In this document: positions 48,322 to 58,439 of the stretch, in pieces
How positions within the stretch are numbered: position 1 is the first letter of the stretch
How the letters are laid out: the number at the start of each line of letters is the position of its first letter
Origin: Berkelbacteria bacterium GW2011_GWE1_39_12
GTDB lineage: Bacteria; Patescibacteriota; UBA1384; UBA12157
Direction of reading: 5' to 3'
Length of the DNA stretch: 64,000 bases
NCBI GenBank assembly: GCA_001029735.1
Contig: CP011213.1
Coordinates: 591,929 to 655,928 of the forward strand
The notes under the pieces: generated by a model
Databases searched by the model: none
What the model saw: the letters and a program-made list of their open reading frames with translations, nothing else
Told to the model about the DNA's origin: nothing
Position numbers and translations under genes: made by a program

Positions 48322-48850
48322 TACTTTTCTATTAAAAAACGGACGTGAAGTTGATATTGTATTTCCATCTATGGAGTATTTAAAAGCAGTTACTGATTTT
48401 GTAAATAAATTATCGAAAGAAGATACTTATCTTTCATTCGCCGGTGAAGAATATAGTCTAGAACATGAAAGGGCTTGGCTAGAAAATATTTTAAATGAAA
48501 TTAAATTCAAAAAAAATTATATTATTTGGGCGGTAGTCGATGGACGGATTATTGGCGGCTGTGATATAAAAGTGGGGCGAAAAAGAGAAGAACATGTTGG
48601 TACGATCGGCTTGATGGTAGATTCAAATTTTCGCGGTCAGGGTCTTGGCGAATATTTAATCAGAAAAATTTTAAAGATCGCAAAAGAAGCGGGCTTACAA
48701 ATTGCAAAACTTGATGTTTTTTCTGACAATGTGCCAGCCGTTAGTTTGTATAAAAAAGTTGGATTTGTTGAATACGGTAGATTGCCAGATGGATTTTTTA
48801 GAAAAGAAAAATTCAGCGATAAAGTCGAGATGTATAAAAATCTAAAATGA
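48308..48850 (+). CDS. GNAT-family N-acetyltransferase
   Basis: 'RGQGLGEYLIRKIL' acetyl-CoA-binding motif. Confidence 0.65.
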   Translation: MQKFDTFLLKNGREVDIVFPSMEYLKAVTDFVNKLSKEDTYLSFAGEEYSLEHERAWLENILNEIKFKKNYIIWAVVDGRIIGGCDIKVGRKREEHVGTIGLMVDSNFRGQGLGEYLIRKILKIAKEAGLQIAKLDVFSDNVPAVSLYKKVGFVEYGRLPDGFFRKEKFSDKVEMYKNLK

Positions 48851-50571
48851 CAAATAAAGAAATCGCCAAAATTTTATTTCAAATTGCTGAAATATTGGAA
48901 CTAAAAAATAGCTCTGATCGATTTCGAATTGTTGCATATGAAAAAGCGGCTCAAATAGTTGAAAATTATCCGATAGAAATGAAGGAGCTCTATGTCAGAG
49001 AAGGAGTAAAAAGTTTGGTCGAAGTGCCGGGAATTGGTCAATCAATCGCTGAAAAAATAGAGGAGCTATTAAAAACTGGAAAGTTAAAATATTTAACGGA
49101 AATTGAAAAAGATGTTCCTGCATCACAAATGAAATTTATTAAAGTCCCAGGCATCGGCCCGAAGATGGCTATAAAAATTGCCACAGAATTAAAAGCTAAA
49201 GATATAGAAGATTTGGAAGTAAAAATTAAAAGCGGTGAGGCAGACGAAATATTCAAAGAAAAGACAAGAAATAATATTTTAAGAGGCATTGAGATCTCGC
49301 GAAAATTGACTGGCAGGATGTTGATTACCGATGCTTTACCAGTAGCCGAAGATTTTGTTAAAAGAATAAAAGAGATTGACGGCGTTAAAGATGCTAACTT
49401 TGTTGGCTCGCTTCGCAGAATGAAAGAAACGATTGGTGACATTGATATTGTCGCCGCTAGCTCTGAGCCTAAAAAAATCATAAACGAATACATAGCTTTT
49501 CCTGGAATAATTCATATTGTTACGCAAGGCGAAGCCAAATCGACTATTATTCATCGTCAAGGCTGTCAGCTCGATTTGGAAATTGTCTCTGAGGCAGAAT
49601 ACGGTTCTCTCCTGCAGCACTTTACTGGTTCTAAAGAACACAATGTAGCTCTAAGAACTTATGCTCAAACTAAAGGCATGAGTGTTTCGGAACACGGTGT
49701 AAAAATCGGCGAAAAGCTACATACATTTAAAACAGAAAAAGAATTATACAACTTTTTAGGAATGGATTTTATTCCACCGGAGCTCCGTGAAAACCGCGGT
49801 GAAATTGCAGCGGCTTTAAATCACAGATTACCGGTTTTGGTAGAAGTATCTGATATATTAGGCGATTTACATGTCCATTCGGATTGGTCAGATGGAAACA
49901 TGAGTATTTCTGAAATTGCCTTGGCCGCGGAAAAACTTAACTATGAATATATCGTTATCTCTGATCATACTGTCGGTTTGGGTATTGCTAATGGTTTGGA
50001 TGAAAAACGTTTAGAGGAACGACAGAAGGAAATTGAAATTGTCCAAAAAGATCATCCTAGAATTAAAATTTTATCATCTGTCGAAGTAAACATTAAGGCT
50101 GATGGGAGTTTGGATATTCAGGACTGGATGTTGGAAAAGTTGGATATAGTTACGGCTTCTGTCCACACCAGTTTTTTCCAAGAAAAAGAAGTCATGACAG
50201 ATCGGCTTATAAAAGCAATTTCTAATTCCCATGTGGATATTATCGGTCATCCTTCAGGAAGAGTCATCGGCCAACGTGAACCATATTTGGTTAATTGGGA
50301 ACGGGTCTTTAAAGCTTGTAGTGAATATAAAACCGTCTTAGAAATTTCTTCTTTTCCGAATCGACTCGATTTACAGGATTACCTTTGTCAACAAGCAAAA
50401 AACCTTGGTGTCAAATTTGCAATCAATACTGACGCTCATCAGGCTGCGCATTTACAGTTAATGCGCTATGGGGTCTCTGTTGCAAGACGCGGTTGGCTTG
50501 AAAAAAAAGACATAATTAACACTTTTAAATTAGAAGATCTCTTAAGATGGGTTGAACTAAGAGAAAATTGA
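48847..50571 (+). CDS. polX: DNA polymerase/3'-5' exonuclease PolX (Pol beta-like domain plus PHP domain)
   Basis: HhH motifs ('VPGIGQSIAEKI', 'VPGIGPKMAIKI'), nucleotidyltransferase 'GSLRRMKETIGDIDIV', and PHP 'DLHVHSDWSDG'. Confidence 0.8.
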   Translation: MTNKEIAKILFQIAEILELKNSSDRFRIVAYEKAAQIVENYPIEMKELYVREGVKSLVEVPGIGQSIAEKIEELLKTGKLKYLTEIEKDVPASQMKFIKVPGIGPKMAIKIATELKAKDIEDLEVKIKSGEADEIFKEKTRNNILRGIEISRKLTGRMLITDALPVAEDFVKRIKEIDGVKDANFVGSLRRMKETIGDIDIVAASSEPKKIINEYIAFPGIIHIVTQGEAKSTIIHRQGCQLDLEIVSEAEYGSLLQHFTGSKEHNVALRTYAQTKGMSVSEHGVKIGEKLHTFKTEKELYNFLGMDFIPPELRENRGEIAAALNHRLPVLVEVSDILGDLHVHSDWSDGNMSISEIALAAEKLNYEYIVISDHTVGLGIANGLDEKRLEERQKEIEIVQKDHPRIKILSSVEVNIKADGSLDIQDWMLEKLDIVTASVHTSFFQEKEVMTDRLIKAISNSHVDIIGHPSGRVIGQREPYLVNWERVFKACSEYKTVLEISSFPNRLDLQDYLCQQAKNLGVKFAINTDAHQAAHLQLMRYGVSVARRGWLEKKDIINTFKLEDLLRWVELREN

Positions 50572-50640
50572 TAAAGTTGCTCTAACTTACTTCTTGCTGT
50601 AACATAAGATAGAAGGGGTATTTTAATTGTAAGGAGCCAA

Positions 50641-51318
50641 TTGATTGAAATCGCTGGCGCAACCAAACAATATAATACAGTGAAGGCTTTAGATAATATT
50701 AATCTAAAGATTGCTCGTGGTGAATTCGTTTCTATCGTCGGCCCTTCTGGTGCCGGCAAATCTACTTTAATTAAAATGTTAACCTGTGAAGAAAAGCCAA
50801 CGACTGGTAAAATTTTGATTGCTGATCGTAACATTGCCAAATTAAAGTCTGAAGAGCTGCCTTATTACCGCAGAAAAGTCGGCGTGGTTTTTCAGGACTT
50901 TAAATTGCTGCCACAGAAAACTGTCTATGAAAATGTTGCTTTTGCATTGGAGGTTTGTGACGCAACGGACGAAGAAATCAAAGATCGAGTGCCGAAAATC
51001 CTTGATCTAGTGGGTATGCTTAAAAAGAAAGATAATTTACCGACGGAACTTTCTGGCGGGGAACGTCAGCGTGTTAGCATTGCTCGTGCCTTAGTGCATA
51101 GTCCTAAAATATTGATTGCCGATGAACCAACTGGTAATCTTGATCCGATTAACTCATGGGAAATTATTGATTTATTACTACGAATTAATCGTCAGGGAAC
51201 CGTTGTAATTTTAGCTACTCATAATAAAGAAATTGTCGATCGGATAAAGAAACGAGTGCTGTTGATGAAAGGCGGCAAATTAATTTCGGATCGAATAAAA
51301 GCCGGATATTGCATTTAA
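50641..51318 (+). CDS. ftsE: cell-division ABC transporter ATP-binding protein FtsE
   Basis: Walker A 'GPSGAGKST' and ABC signature 'LSGGERQRVSIARAL'. TTG start with an AAGGAG RBS. Confidence 0.85.
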   Translation: MIEIAGATKQYNTVKALDNINLKIARGEFVSIVGPSGAGKSTLIKMLTCEEKPTTGKILIADRNIAKLKSEELPYYRRKVGVVFQDFKLLPQKTVYENVAFALEVCDATDEEIKDRVPKILDLVGMLKKKDNLPTELSGGERQRVSIARALVHSPKILIADEPTGNLDPINSWEIIDLLLRINRQGTVVILATHNKEIVDRIKKRVLLMKGGKLISDRIKAGYCI

Positions 51319-51330
51319 ATTGGAGAAAAA

Positions 51331-52245
51331 TTGAGCTGGAAAACATTTACAAGAATATTTAAATTGGGCATAACTAATTTTTGGCGAAACCGCTGGCTTT
51401 CTTTGGCAGCAACTTTAGTTATGACATTAACTCTTCTTATTATTAGTATTTTTGCCATGATGACATTGGTAATCAGTAAAACTACTGATTCGATTCGCGA
51501 CAAAATGGATATAACGGTTTATTTTAATGATTCTGCAACAGTCGATCAGATCGTCAGTTTTCAGCACCAAATTGCAGCGCGTACCGATGTTAAAGAAGTA
51601 AGGTATATTTCAAAAGAAGAAGCTTTAGTTAGCTTTAAAAATCAACAAGCGGGCAAGAAAGTGGCTGATTTAATTGACCCGAACGAAAATCCGCTTCCTC
51701 GCAGTTTGGAAGTTAAAGCTAATCAAGCCGAAAGTCTTGATCAAATTGCCACTTTTTTAGGGCAAGAAACCTTTACTCCAATGGTCCATGTTATCAGTTA
51801 TCAGGAAAATAGAGTTGTGATAAATCGATTAATCGGTTTTACAACTTTTCTAAAAAAGGTTGGCTGGCTTTTCTCTGGTGTCTTTGTGCTTATTTCAATA
51901 TTGGTTATTTTGAACACAATTCGGCTAACAATTCTAACTAGGAAAAATGAAATCGAAATTATGCGCTTGGTTGGCGCTAATGATAATTTTATTAAAGTGC
52001 CTTTCATTATCGAGGGTTTATTGTATGGTATTATTGCCACGATTATCTCAACTATGTTCCTTAAAATTGGCATGCAGATAATTACACCAATGATGAATCA
52101 GTATTTGGGGATGGATTTTAGCAACCAAATGACTAATTTCTTTTCCGGTAATTTTTTATCGATTTTCGGTATGGAAATATTAGTCGGTATTGCGATTGGA
52201 ATTGGCTGTAGTTTAATTAGTATCAGAAAATACTTAAAGGTTTAG
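51331..52245 (+). CDS. ftsX: cell-division ABC transporter permease FtsX
   Basis: Sits after ftsE. Four TM helices with a large first extracytoplasmic loop. TTG start with a GGAG RBS. Confidence 0.75.
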   Translation: MSWKTFTRIFKLGITNFWRNRWLSLAATLVMTLTLLIISIFAMMTLVISKTTDSIRDKMDITVYFNDSATVDQIVSFQHQIAARTDVKEVRYISKEEALVSFKNQQAGKKVADLIDPNENPLPRSLEVKANQAESLDQIATFLGQETFTPMVHVISYQENRVVINRLIGFTTFLKKVGWLFSGVFVLISILVILNTIRLTILTRKNEIEIMRLVGANDNFIKVPFIIEGLLYGIIATIISTMFLKIGMQIITPMMNQYLGMDFSNQMTNFFSGNFLSIFGMEILVGIAIGIGCSLISIRKYLKV

Positions 52246-52247
52246 GC

Positions 52248-53402
52248 ATGAATAGCATAAAGATTTTTAAAAAAGCTTCAAGAATTTTCTTTTTCGCGGT
52301 TTCCTTTTTGGCCATCGCTAATTTCGCGGTGCCAGTTAATGCTGAATCGATTGAGGAGCTTCAGCGTCGTCAAATAGATATTGACGCGCAAATTCAAAAA
52401 AATAAGGATGCCATTAACGCAACGCAAAAAAATATCAATACCATTGAAGGTTTGATAGATAGTTTGCAAAGTCAGATTGCGACTGCTGAAAACGATGTTA
52501 ATTTATCCGTTCAAAAAATTAATCTGACAACTTCCCAGATTAATCAAACACAGATCGATATTGATACAAAATTGAAAGAACTTCAGGCAGAAAAAATAAA
52601 ACTTTACGAAACCGTAAAAGTCTATTATGAAAATTCCCAGAGCGATACTTTAGTAGTGGTGGTCGGTTCTAACTCTCTGAGTGAAGCGATCGATCGTACA
52701 CAATATCTTGAAGCAATCTCTACGCAATTAAACGAGCAAGTTGCCAAAATCAATCAAGCCAAGGCTGACCTAGAGACAAGAAAAAAACAATTAGAAAACG
52801 AAAAGACAAGTCTAGAAGATCAGAAGAACGCTTTGGTAAGTAAACGAAATAGTTTAAATGCGCAGAAAAGTCAAAAGGATAAACTTCTTAATCAGTCTGT
52901 AGCCGAAAAAAGTAATTACATGGACAAACTTGAAGATTTGAAGAAAGAACATAGCAATATTTCGGATGCTATTTATGCTCAAAGGCGAGCGAGCGGGGGA
53001 ATTTCATATGGTTCGTCTGATTATCCATTTTATAGTATCGATATACCTGATCCATGGGGATTTTTAACCAGGGAATGTACTTCCTATGCGGCTTGGTATT
53101 TAAATGAAAAAGAGGGGAAGAACTGGTATAATACACAGCCGGGAAGGGGTAGTGCAAAATACTGGGATGAGATTGCTAACACCTTAGGCTGGACTGTTAG
53201 TAGCTCACCGAAGGTCGGCGCCGCTATTTCTTGGAAGGGTCCATTGTATTCAGGCGATCAATGGGGCCATGTAGCAATTGTTGAAGCTGTTAATTCCAAC
53301 GGTACAATTGATATTTCTGAATACAACTGGGTAAAATATTCTTACTCTTACCGCTCAAATGTAAATCCTGGTATCTACGGTTCGTATGTCTACATTTATT
53401 AA
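52248..53402 (+). CDS. PcsB-like peptidoglycan hydrolase: signal/TM, long coiled-coil, C-terminal CHAP domain
   Basis: Gln/Asn-rich coiled-coil region, then the CHAP catalytic motifs 'CTSYAAWYLN' (Cys) and 'GHVAIVEAV' (His). It lies immediately downstream of ftsEX. Confidence 0.7.
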   Translation: MNSIKIFKKASRIFFFAVSFLAIANFAVPVNAESIEELQRRQIDIDAQIQKNKDAINATQKNINTIEGLIDSLQSQIATAENDVNLSVQKINLTTSQINQTQIDIDTKLKELQAEKIKLYETVKVYYENSQSDTLVVVVGSNSLSEAIDRTQYLEAISTQLNEQVAKINQAKADLETRKKQLENEKTSLEDQKNALVSKRNSLNAQKSQKDKLLNQSVAEKSNYMDKLEDLKKEHSNISDAIYAQRRASGGISYGSSDYPFYSIDIPDPWGFLTRECTSYAAWYLNEKEGKNWYNTQPGRGSAKYWDEIANTLGWTVSSSPKVGAAISWKGPLYSGDQWGHVAIVEAVNSNGTIDISEYNWVKYSYSYRSNVNPGIYGSYVYIY

Positions 53403-53424
53403 ACAAACTTAATATATTTTTAAA

Positions 53425-53649
53425 ATGTCTATACTACTAATTATTTATGTTTTATTCATCGTTGTCTATTTGGTTTTTAATGCCTATATTCTTTTTCGTG
53501 TGAACGCTATGCGTGTTAAGAACGATCTGACGAGCCGTGGCATGATTATTTATGTGATAGCGATCGCGATTGTTTTTGGTGTTAGTTTTGTAATTATTGG
53601 CTCTCTTAATTGGGACAAAAGCCTAATTGGAGGTAATTTTGCCATTTAA
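53425..53649 (+). CDS. small membrane protein (two TM helices)
   Basis: Hydrophobic 74-aa ORF. Confidence 0.3.
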   Translation: MSILLIIYVLFIVVYLVFNAYILFRVNAMRVKNDLTSRGMIIYVIAIAIVFGVSFVIIGSLNWDKSLIGGNFAI

Positions 53650-54388
53650 TCTTGAAGAATATTTCTGCTCAACCCCGAGTTCAAAGAAGCAAAAGAATAT
53701 TGTTATTTTCGCGCGTCGCCATTGGATGTCTTTTTTAGGCGACATTCTTGTTTCAGCGATGTTAATTATAGTGCCATTAATTATCCTGTTTTTCTTACAT
53801 TCTAAGTGGCCAAACCTCATTCAGGGACGTTTTGTAAATGTGTTAGCGGTTTTTGGCAGCGCATATTATTTATTACTTATCAGCTCAATTTTTAATGCAT
53901 GGATTTCTTATTACTATGATCTTTATATTTTAACCAATGATTCGATTGTGGATATTGTCCAAAATGGTTTTTTTAATCGCAAGATTTCACAGCTTTCTTT
54001 AACTCGAGTTCAGGATGTTTCATCTAAAATAGACGGCATTTTTCCTACCATGTTCTCTTACGGGGATGTTTTAGTTGAGACAGCAGGTGAACGCGTCGAA
54101 AACTTTTTACTTCACGCCGTACCAAATCCACAGGTATTTTCAGCGAAAGTTTTGGAATTGCACGACCAATTAATTGAACGTGATGGTCGTCGGCAAGATC
54201 TGATGGACGGAGAAGGTGTTTTGCGGCGAGGAAAAAATCCTGAAAATATGAATAATTCATCGGTTTTAACGAAACAAAGTTTTGAAGAGGCAAGTCAGAA
54301 TGTGGAATCGGTAAATCACTGCCAGATAAAAGAATCAGGTGAAATTAAAAAAGACGATCTCAACCTAGGTGGTGAAGTTATACTTTAA
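53627..54388 (+). CDS. membrane protein with a bacterial-PH-like (YdbS/YdbT-type) domain
   Basis: Two N-terminal TM helices followed by about 90 aa of soluble domain. Resemblance to bPH_2-type proteins is by layout only. Confidence 0.3.
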   Translation: MEVILPFNLEEYFCSTPSSKKQKNIVIFARRHWMSFLGDILVSAMLIIVPLIILFFLHSKWPNLIQGRFVNVLAVFGSAYYLLLISSIFNAWISYYYDLYILTNDSIVDIVQNGFFNRKISQLSLTRVQDVSSKIDGIFPTMFSYGDVLVETAGERVENFLLHAVPNPQVFSAKVLELHDQLIERDGRRQDLMDGEGVLRRGKNPENMNNSSVLTKQSFEEASQNVESVNHCQIKESGEIKKDDLNLGGEVIL

Positions 54389-54418
54389 ATTACCAATGCG
54401 TAGATTGTAAATAACGAT

Positions 54419-56191
54419 TTGAGAATTAGAAAAGTGAAAAAGTTATTTTGGATTATTTTGGGGATAATTCTGTTAGGGTATAGTTTTTTATTACCGCAGA
54501 AAGCTCAGGCAGAAGAAATATCTCCGCAGCTTGTTATCAATGAAGTGATGGCTAATCCTCAAGGTGCAGATATTGGCAAGGAATGGATCGAACTTCTTTG
54601 TCTATCAGATATTGATCTCAAAGATTGGAAGATAAAAATCTTCAATGATCCGGATAGCGTTTCGCCAACAAAAACAATTACTTTAGTTTCAGAGCTGATG
54701 AAGAATGGAGATTATTTAATCATTTCGAATAATACTTCAGTTGCAGTCACTAATGCCAAAGGAAAAATAGTTTTATCCGATCCAAGTGGTGATTACGAAA
54801 ACACTATCAGCTGGACAACTGATATGGGGGACGGTTACTCAATGGAAGTTATTGGTCCGCCTAACGAGCTAGATTATAAAAAGTGGTTAAAAAGTATAGA
54901 ATTAGGTGGTACTCCCGGGATCGAAAATTCGGTAACAAAAATTGAGCCTGTTATAGCGCCGGAATATGTATTACCGCTTGATAATCAAACCTTCTTACCA
55001 ACACAGACAATCGATTTTTCTTGGGTTGAAGAAGAGGGGATAAAATACGTTTGTCAAATATCTAGCGATGAAAGTTTTAGCATTTTGATCGATGCCTCCG
55101 AACTAGAAATTGGTAAATATTTTTGGAGAGTAAAAGCCGAAAATAGTCTCAATTATGTTTATACAATTCCTCGCAGTTTTGAAATTATTGAACCCGTCTA
55201 TTCAAAAGAAATTAGCATTAGCGAAATTTTACCTAACCCAACAGGTGATGATACTATAGGCGAATGGATAGAGCTTTTTAATAAATCTGGTTTAGATGTT
55301 GATTTGAGTGGTTGGCGGATTGTTGACGGCTCTGGAAAATTTTTTTTGATTCCAAAAAGCACTATTATTAAGGCTTACGAATTTATTTCATTTCCAAGAA
55401 CCGAAAGTGACTTAACTTTAAATAATGATGGCGATGAAGTTAAATTGTATCAACCAAATAATAACTTGATCTCAAGTATAATCTATACGGATAACGGCGA
55501 TGAGGGTTTGTCTTGGGTAATTGGGCCTGATGGCGCATGGTCATGGACGACAACGCCTACCAAAGGTAGTGACAATATTATCACTGTGATTTTAGAAATC
55601 GAAGAGGTTCAAGAAATAGAACCCATTATTAATACAACACCAATTGAAATGGCAACGGGTGATTTTGAAAATTATCTCGATAAGTTGGTCAAAATTACTG
55701 GTAAAGTTGTGTCTACGTCTGGTGATACTTTTTATTTGGATGACGGCTCTGGATTAGTAAAAGTGTATATCCAAAAAAAGACTGGAATCAATAAACCAGA
55801 AATGAATAAAGGTGATATTTTCGAAATCGTCGGAGTGGTTGATCTTTATGGCCAGACTTGGCGAGTCTTGCCTCGTAGTCAAAATGATATATTGTTGGTT
55901 GAACATGCGGCTAAGATAGTGTCAACAAAAAAAGCCGTAAAGAAAGTTGCGACAGAAACAGTAAAAGCGATAAATAGTCCGCCGGTTTCTAAGGCAGTTG
56001 CCGCAGCTTCAAATACAGTTTCGGAAAATAAAAAGGAAGAAATTAAAAATTTATCTTTAGGCCAAGCAATAAAAACGATTATTGGTCTGTCGATTATTTT
56101 ATTTGTTTTTTTTATTATCACAATTCGCAAACTCAGTAAACAAAAAACAGGTCGACAGATTGGTGGTCATTTTGGTGATGACGAAACCTAA
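54419..56191 (+). CDS. extracellular protein with two lamin-tail-domain (LTD) repeats, an OB-fold-like domain and a C-terminal TM anchor
   Basis: LTD signatures 'LVINEVMANPQGADIGKEWIELLC' and 'ISISEILPNPTGDDTIGEWIELFNKSGLDVDLSGWRI'. N-terminal signal peptide. C-terminal TM helix 'IIGLSIILFVFFIITI' then RKLSKQK. Confidence 0.65.
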   Translation: MRIRKVKKLFWIILGIILLGYSFLLPQKAQAEEISPQLVINEVMANPQGADIGKEWIELLCLSDIDLKDWKIKIFNDPDSVSPTKTITLVSELMKNGDYLIISNNTSVAVTNAKGKIVLSDPSGDYENTISWTTDMGDGYSMEVIGPPNELDYKKWLKSIELGGTPGIENSVTKIEPVIAPEYVLPLDNQTFLPTQTIDFSWVEEEGIKYVCQISSDESFSILIDASELEIGKYFWRVKAENSLNYVYTIPRSFEIIEPVYSKEISISEILPNPTGDDTIGEWIELFNKSGLDVDLSGWRIVDGSGKFFLIPKSTIIKAYEFISFPRTESDLTLNNDGDEVKLYQPNNNLISSIIYTDNGDEGLSWVIGPDGAWSWTTTPTKGSDNIITVILEIEEVQEIEPIINTTPIEMATGDFENYLDKLVKITGKVVSTSGDTFYLDDGSGLVKVYIQKKTGINKPEMNKGDIFEIVGVVDLYGQTWRVLPRSQNDILLVEHAAKIVSTKKAVKKVATETVKAINSPPVSKAVAAASNTVSENKKEEIKNLSLGQAIKTIIGLSIILFVFFIITIRKLSKQKTGRQIGGHFGDDET

Positions 56192-56229
56192 TCTTTATAT
56201 TAAGCATTATTTTTGTTATAATAACAGGG

Positions 56230-56691
56230 ATGATTACAAAAAGTTCAGAAGAAACAATTGAAATTGCGCTCAAATTAGCCGCCGATTTAAAGGGCGGAGA
56301 AATTTTGGCGTTGCATGGAGATTTGGGTGGAGGCAAGACTACTTTTACAAAGGGTTTGGCAGAAGGCCTAAAGGTAAACGATACCGTGACCTCGCCAACC
56401 TTTGTTTTGTTAAAAGTATATTCGGGAAAAATCGACGATAAAAAGATCGAGCTGGTGCATGTTGATGCTTATCGAGTCGAATCAATTGATGACATTAAAT
56501 CGGTAGGAATAGAAGATTATTTAGATCGTCAGGACATAATATTAGTTGTTGAATGGGCTGAAAAAATTAAAGAAATCTTACCTAAAAATGTTATCAATAT
56601 TTATTTTGAGCGAATTGAAAAACAAGGTTCTGCGAAAGCAGGTTCTTTAGATGAAAACGAAAGGAAGATAAAAATTGATTTTGCAAATTGA
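56230..56691 (+). CDS. tsaE: tRNA t6A37 biosynthesis ATPase TsaE
   Basis: 'LALHGDLGGGKTTFTKG' P-loop, typical of YjeE/TsaE. Confidence 0.8.
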   Translation: MITKSSEETIEIALKLAADLKGGEILALHGDLGGGKTTFTKGLAEGLKVNDTVTSPTFVLLKVYSGKIDDKKIELVHVDAYRVESIDDIKSVGIEDYLDRQDIILVVEWAEKIKEILPKNVINIYFERIEKQGSAKAGSLDENERKIKIDFAN

Positions 56692-57040
56692 TTCAACAAA
56701 TCGTCAAGAAATCACCCTGGGTCTTATCGGTGTTACGGCAAGTTCTGAGACTATAAAAACGGAAAAACAATCTGAAAATTTGTTGCCGGCCTTAAATAAG
56801 TTTCTATCGAAAAATAATATTCAATTAGCGGATTTAAAGGCTGTTTTAGTTAACATTGGTTCGGGCTCCTATACTGGAGTTCGCATCGGCGTTACCGTCG
56901 CTAATACATTAGGCTGGAGCCTGGATCTTCCTGTTTTTGGTTATAATCTAACTAATTTAAATGAAAATATTGCTCTCGCCAATAAAGCGCCCCAGAAATT
57001 CAACCAGCCAGTTCTGCCCACTTATTTAGACAAAAAATAA
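56675..57040 (+). CDS. tsaB: TsaB/YeaZ-like protein (short)
   Basis: 'ILQIDSTNRQEITLGLI' and 'GSGSYTGVRIGVTVANTLGW' match the TsaB N-domain. It is only 121 aa. Confidence 0.6.
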   Translation: MILQIDSTNRQEITLGLIGVTASSETIKTEKQSENLLPALNKFLSKNNIQLADLKAVLVNIGSGSYTGVRIGVTVANTLGWSLDLPVFGYNLTNLNENIALANKAPQKFNQPVLPTYLDKK

Positions 57041-57114
57041 TTTGTTTTGACGCTTTTGTTTGCTATAATTTATATAGAGGGATTTTTTTTATTTATTATC
57101 TATTAAAGGAGATT

Positions 57115-58431
57115 ATGGTTATTCGACACAACGTTGGTCAAATAGTAAAACCGAAAAGAAAAGTATTAAAAGTAGTATTGTTTTCGCTTTTAGCGATAGT
57201 TTTAGGTGTGGGTATTTGGATTAGTGTTTCTGCCTACCGCGCTTTAAATAAAGTTACTGCTCTTTCAGACGGAAAAGGTAGCCTATTTTCTTTTTTAAGT
57301 ACCAGCCAACCAACGTTAAAAGGACAAAGCGAAGGCCGAACTAATCTTTTGATCCTTGGTATGGGCGGCGTGGGTCACCCTGGCGGGACTCTGTCAGACA
57401 CAATGATTGTTCTCTCGATTGAGTGGAAGACTAAGAAAGTGGCGATGATTTCCGTGCCAAGAGATTTGTGGGTTAATGTTCCTGGTTATGGAAGCGCAAA
57501 ACTAAATGAAGCTTATTATTATGGAGAAAAAAATTCAAAAACAACTGGCGGTGGCGGCAAGGTTTCTTCAGACTTAATCGGCAATATTTTAGGTGTACCG
57601 ATTCATTATTTTGTGACTGTTGATTTTAACGGTTTTAAAAAAATGATCGACACTGTCGGAGGAATAGACGTGGTAGTGGATAAAGATTTATATGATCCGC
57701 TATATCCTGCGGACAATATGATAGATTATTCTCCGTTTAAAATCACGGCTGGCCAACATCATCTTGATGGTGCAACAGCCTTAAAATACTCCCGTTCAAG
57801 AGAAACCACCTCAGATTTTGATCGTTCAAAAAGACAACAAAAAGTTATAGCGGCCTTAAAGCAAAAAATGTTGACCGCTAATACGTTAGCTAATCCGAAA
57901 AAGGTTACTGATTTGTTAGGAATCCTGGGGAATCATGTTACGACAAATATGTCAGTGAATGATATAAAAGGCTTTTGGGATTCCGTCAAGGATTTAGACC
58001 TATCTAATATAATTAATAAGGTTCTTGATACTTCTGCTGGCAGCCCATTAGTTTCGGGTACAAGCTCTGGTGGCTCGTATATAATCTTACCGAAAAAGGG
58101 AGCCAATAATTATTCGGATTTACAATTGATCGCTAAAAATATTTTTAATGAAGTTGCGGCTTCGTTAAAAGTTGAAGTCTTGAATGGAAGCGGTAAGGTA
58201 GGGGAGGGAACAGCAGTTTCCGATAACTTAGAAAAAAACGGTTATAATGTGACAAATGTTAGTAATACGACTAAAACTACTGTAACATCGGTCTATAACT
58301 GCTCAGGCGCAAGCGCAACCGATACGGCCGCAAAGATAGCTACCTTAGTTAGTGGAACTGTTCAGACCAAGACTTCCTGTAATAATGTTGACATTCAGGT
58401 CATTGTCGGTCAAGATGCACTTACAAGGTAG
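57115..58431 (+). CDS. LytR-CpsA-Psr (LCP) family cell-envelope phosphotransferase with C-terminal LytR_C domain
   Basis: N-terminal TM helix and the LCP core 'NLLILGMGGVGHPGGTLSDTMIVLSIEWKTKKVAMISVPRDLWVNVPGYGSAKLNEAYYYG'. Confidence 0.8.
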   Translation: MVIRHNVGQIVKPKRKVLKVVLFSLLAIVLGVGIWISVSAYRALNKVTALSDGKGSLFSFLSTSQPTLKGQSEGRTNLLILGMGGVGHPGGTLSDTMIVLSIEWKTKKVAMISVPRDLWVNVPGYGSAKLNEAYYYGEKNSKTTGGGGKVSSDLIGNILGVPIHYFVTVDFNGFKKMIDTVGGIDVVVDKDLYDPLYPADNMIDYSPFKITAGQHHLDGATALKYSRSRETTSDFDRSKRQQKVIAALKQKMLTANTLANPKKVTDLLGILGNHVTTNMSVNDIKGFWDSVKDLDLSNIINKVLDTSAGSPLVSGTSSGGSYIILPKKGANNYSDLQLIAKNIFNEVAASLKVEVLNGSGKVGEGTAVSDNLEKNGYNVTNVSNTTKTTVTSVYNCSGASATDTAAKIATLVSGTVQTKTSCNNVDIQVIVGQDALTR

Positions 58432-58439
58432 TGCAGTAA

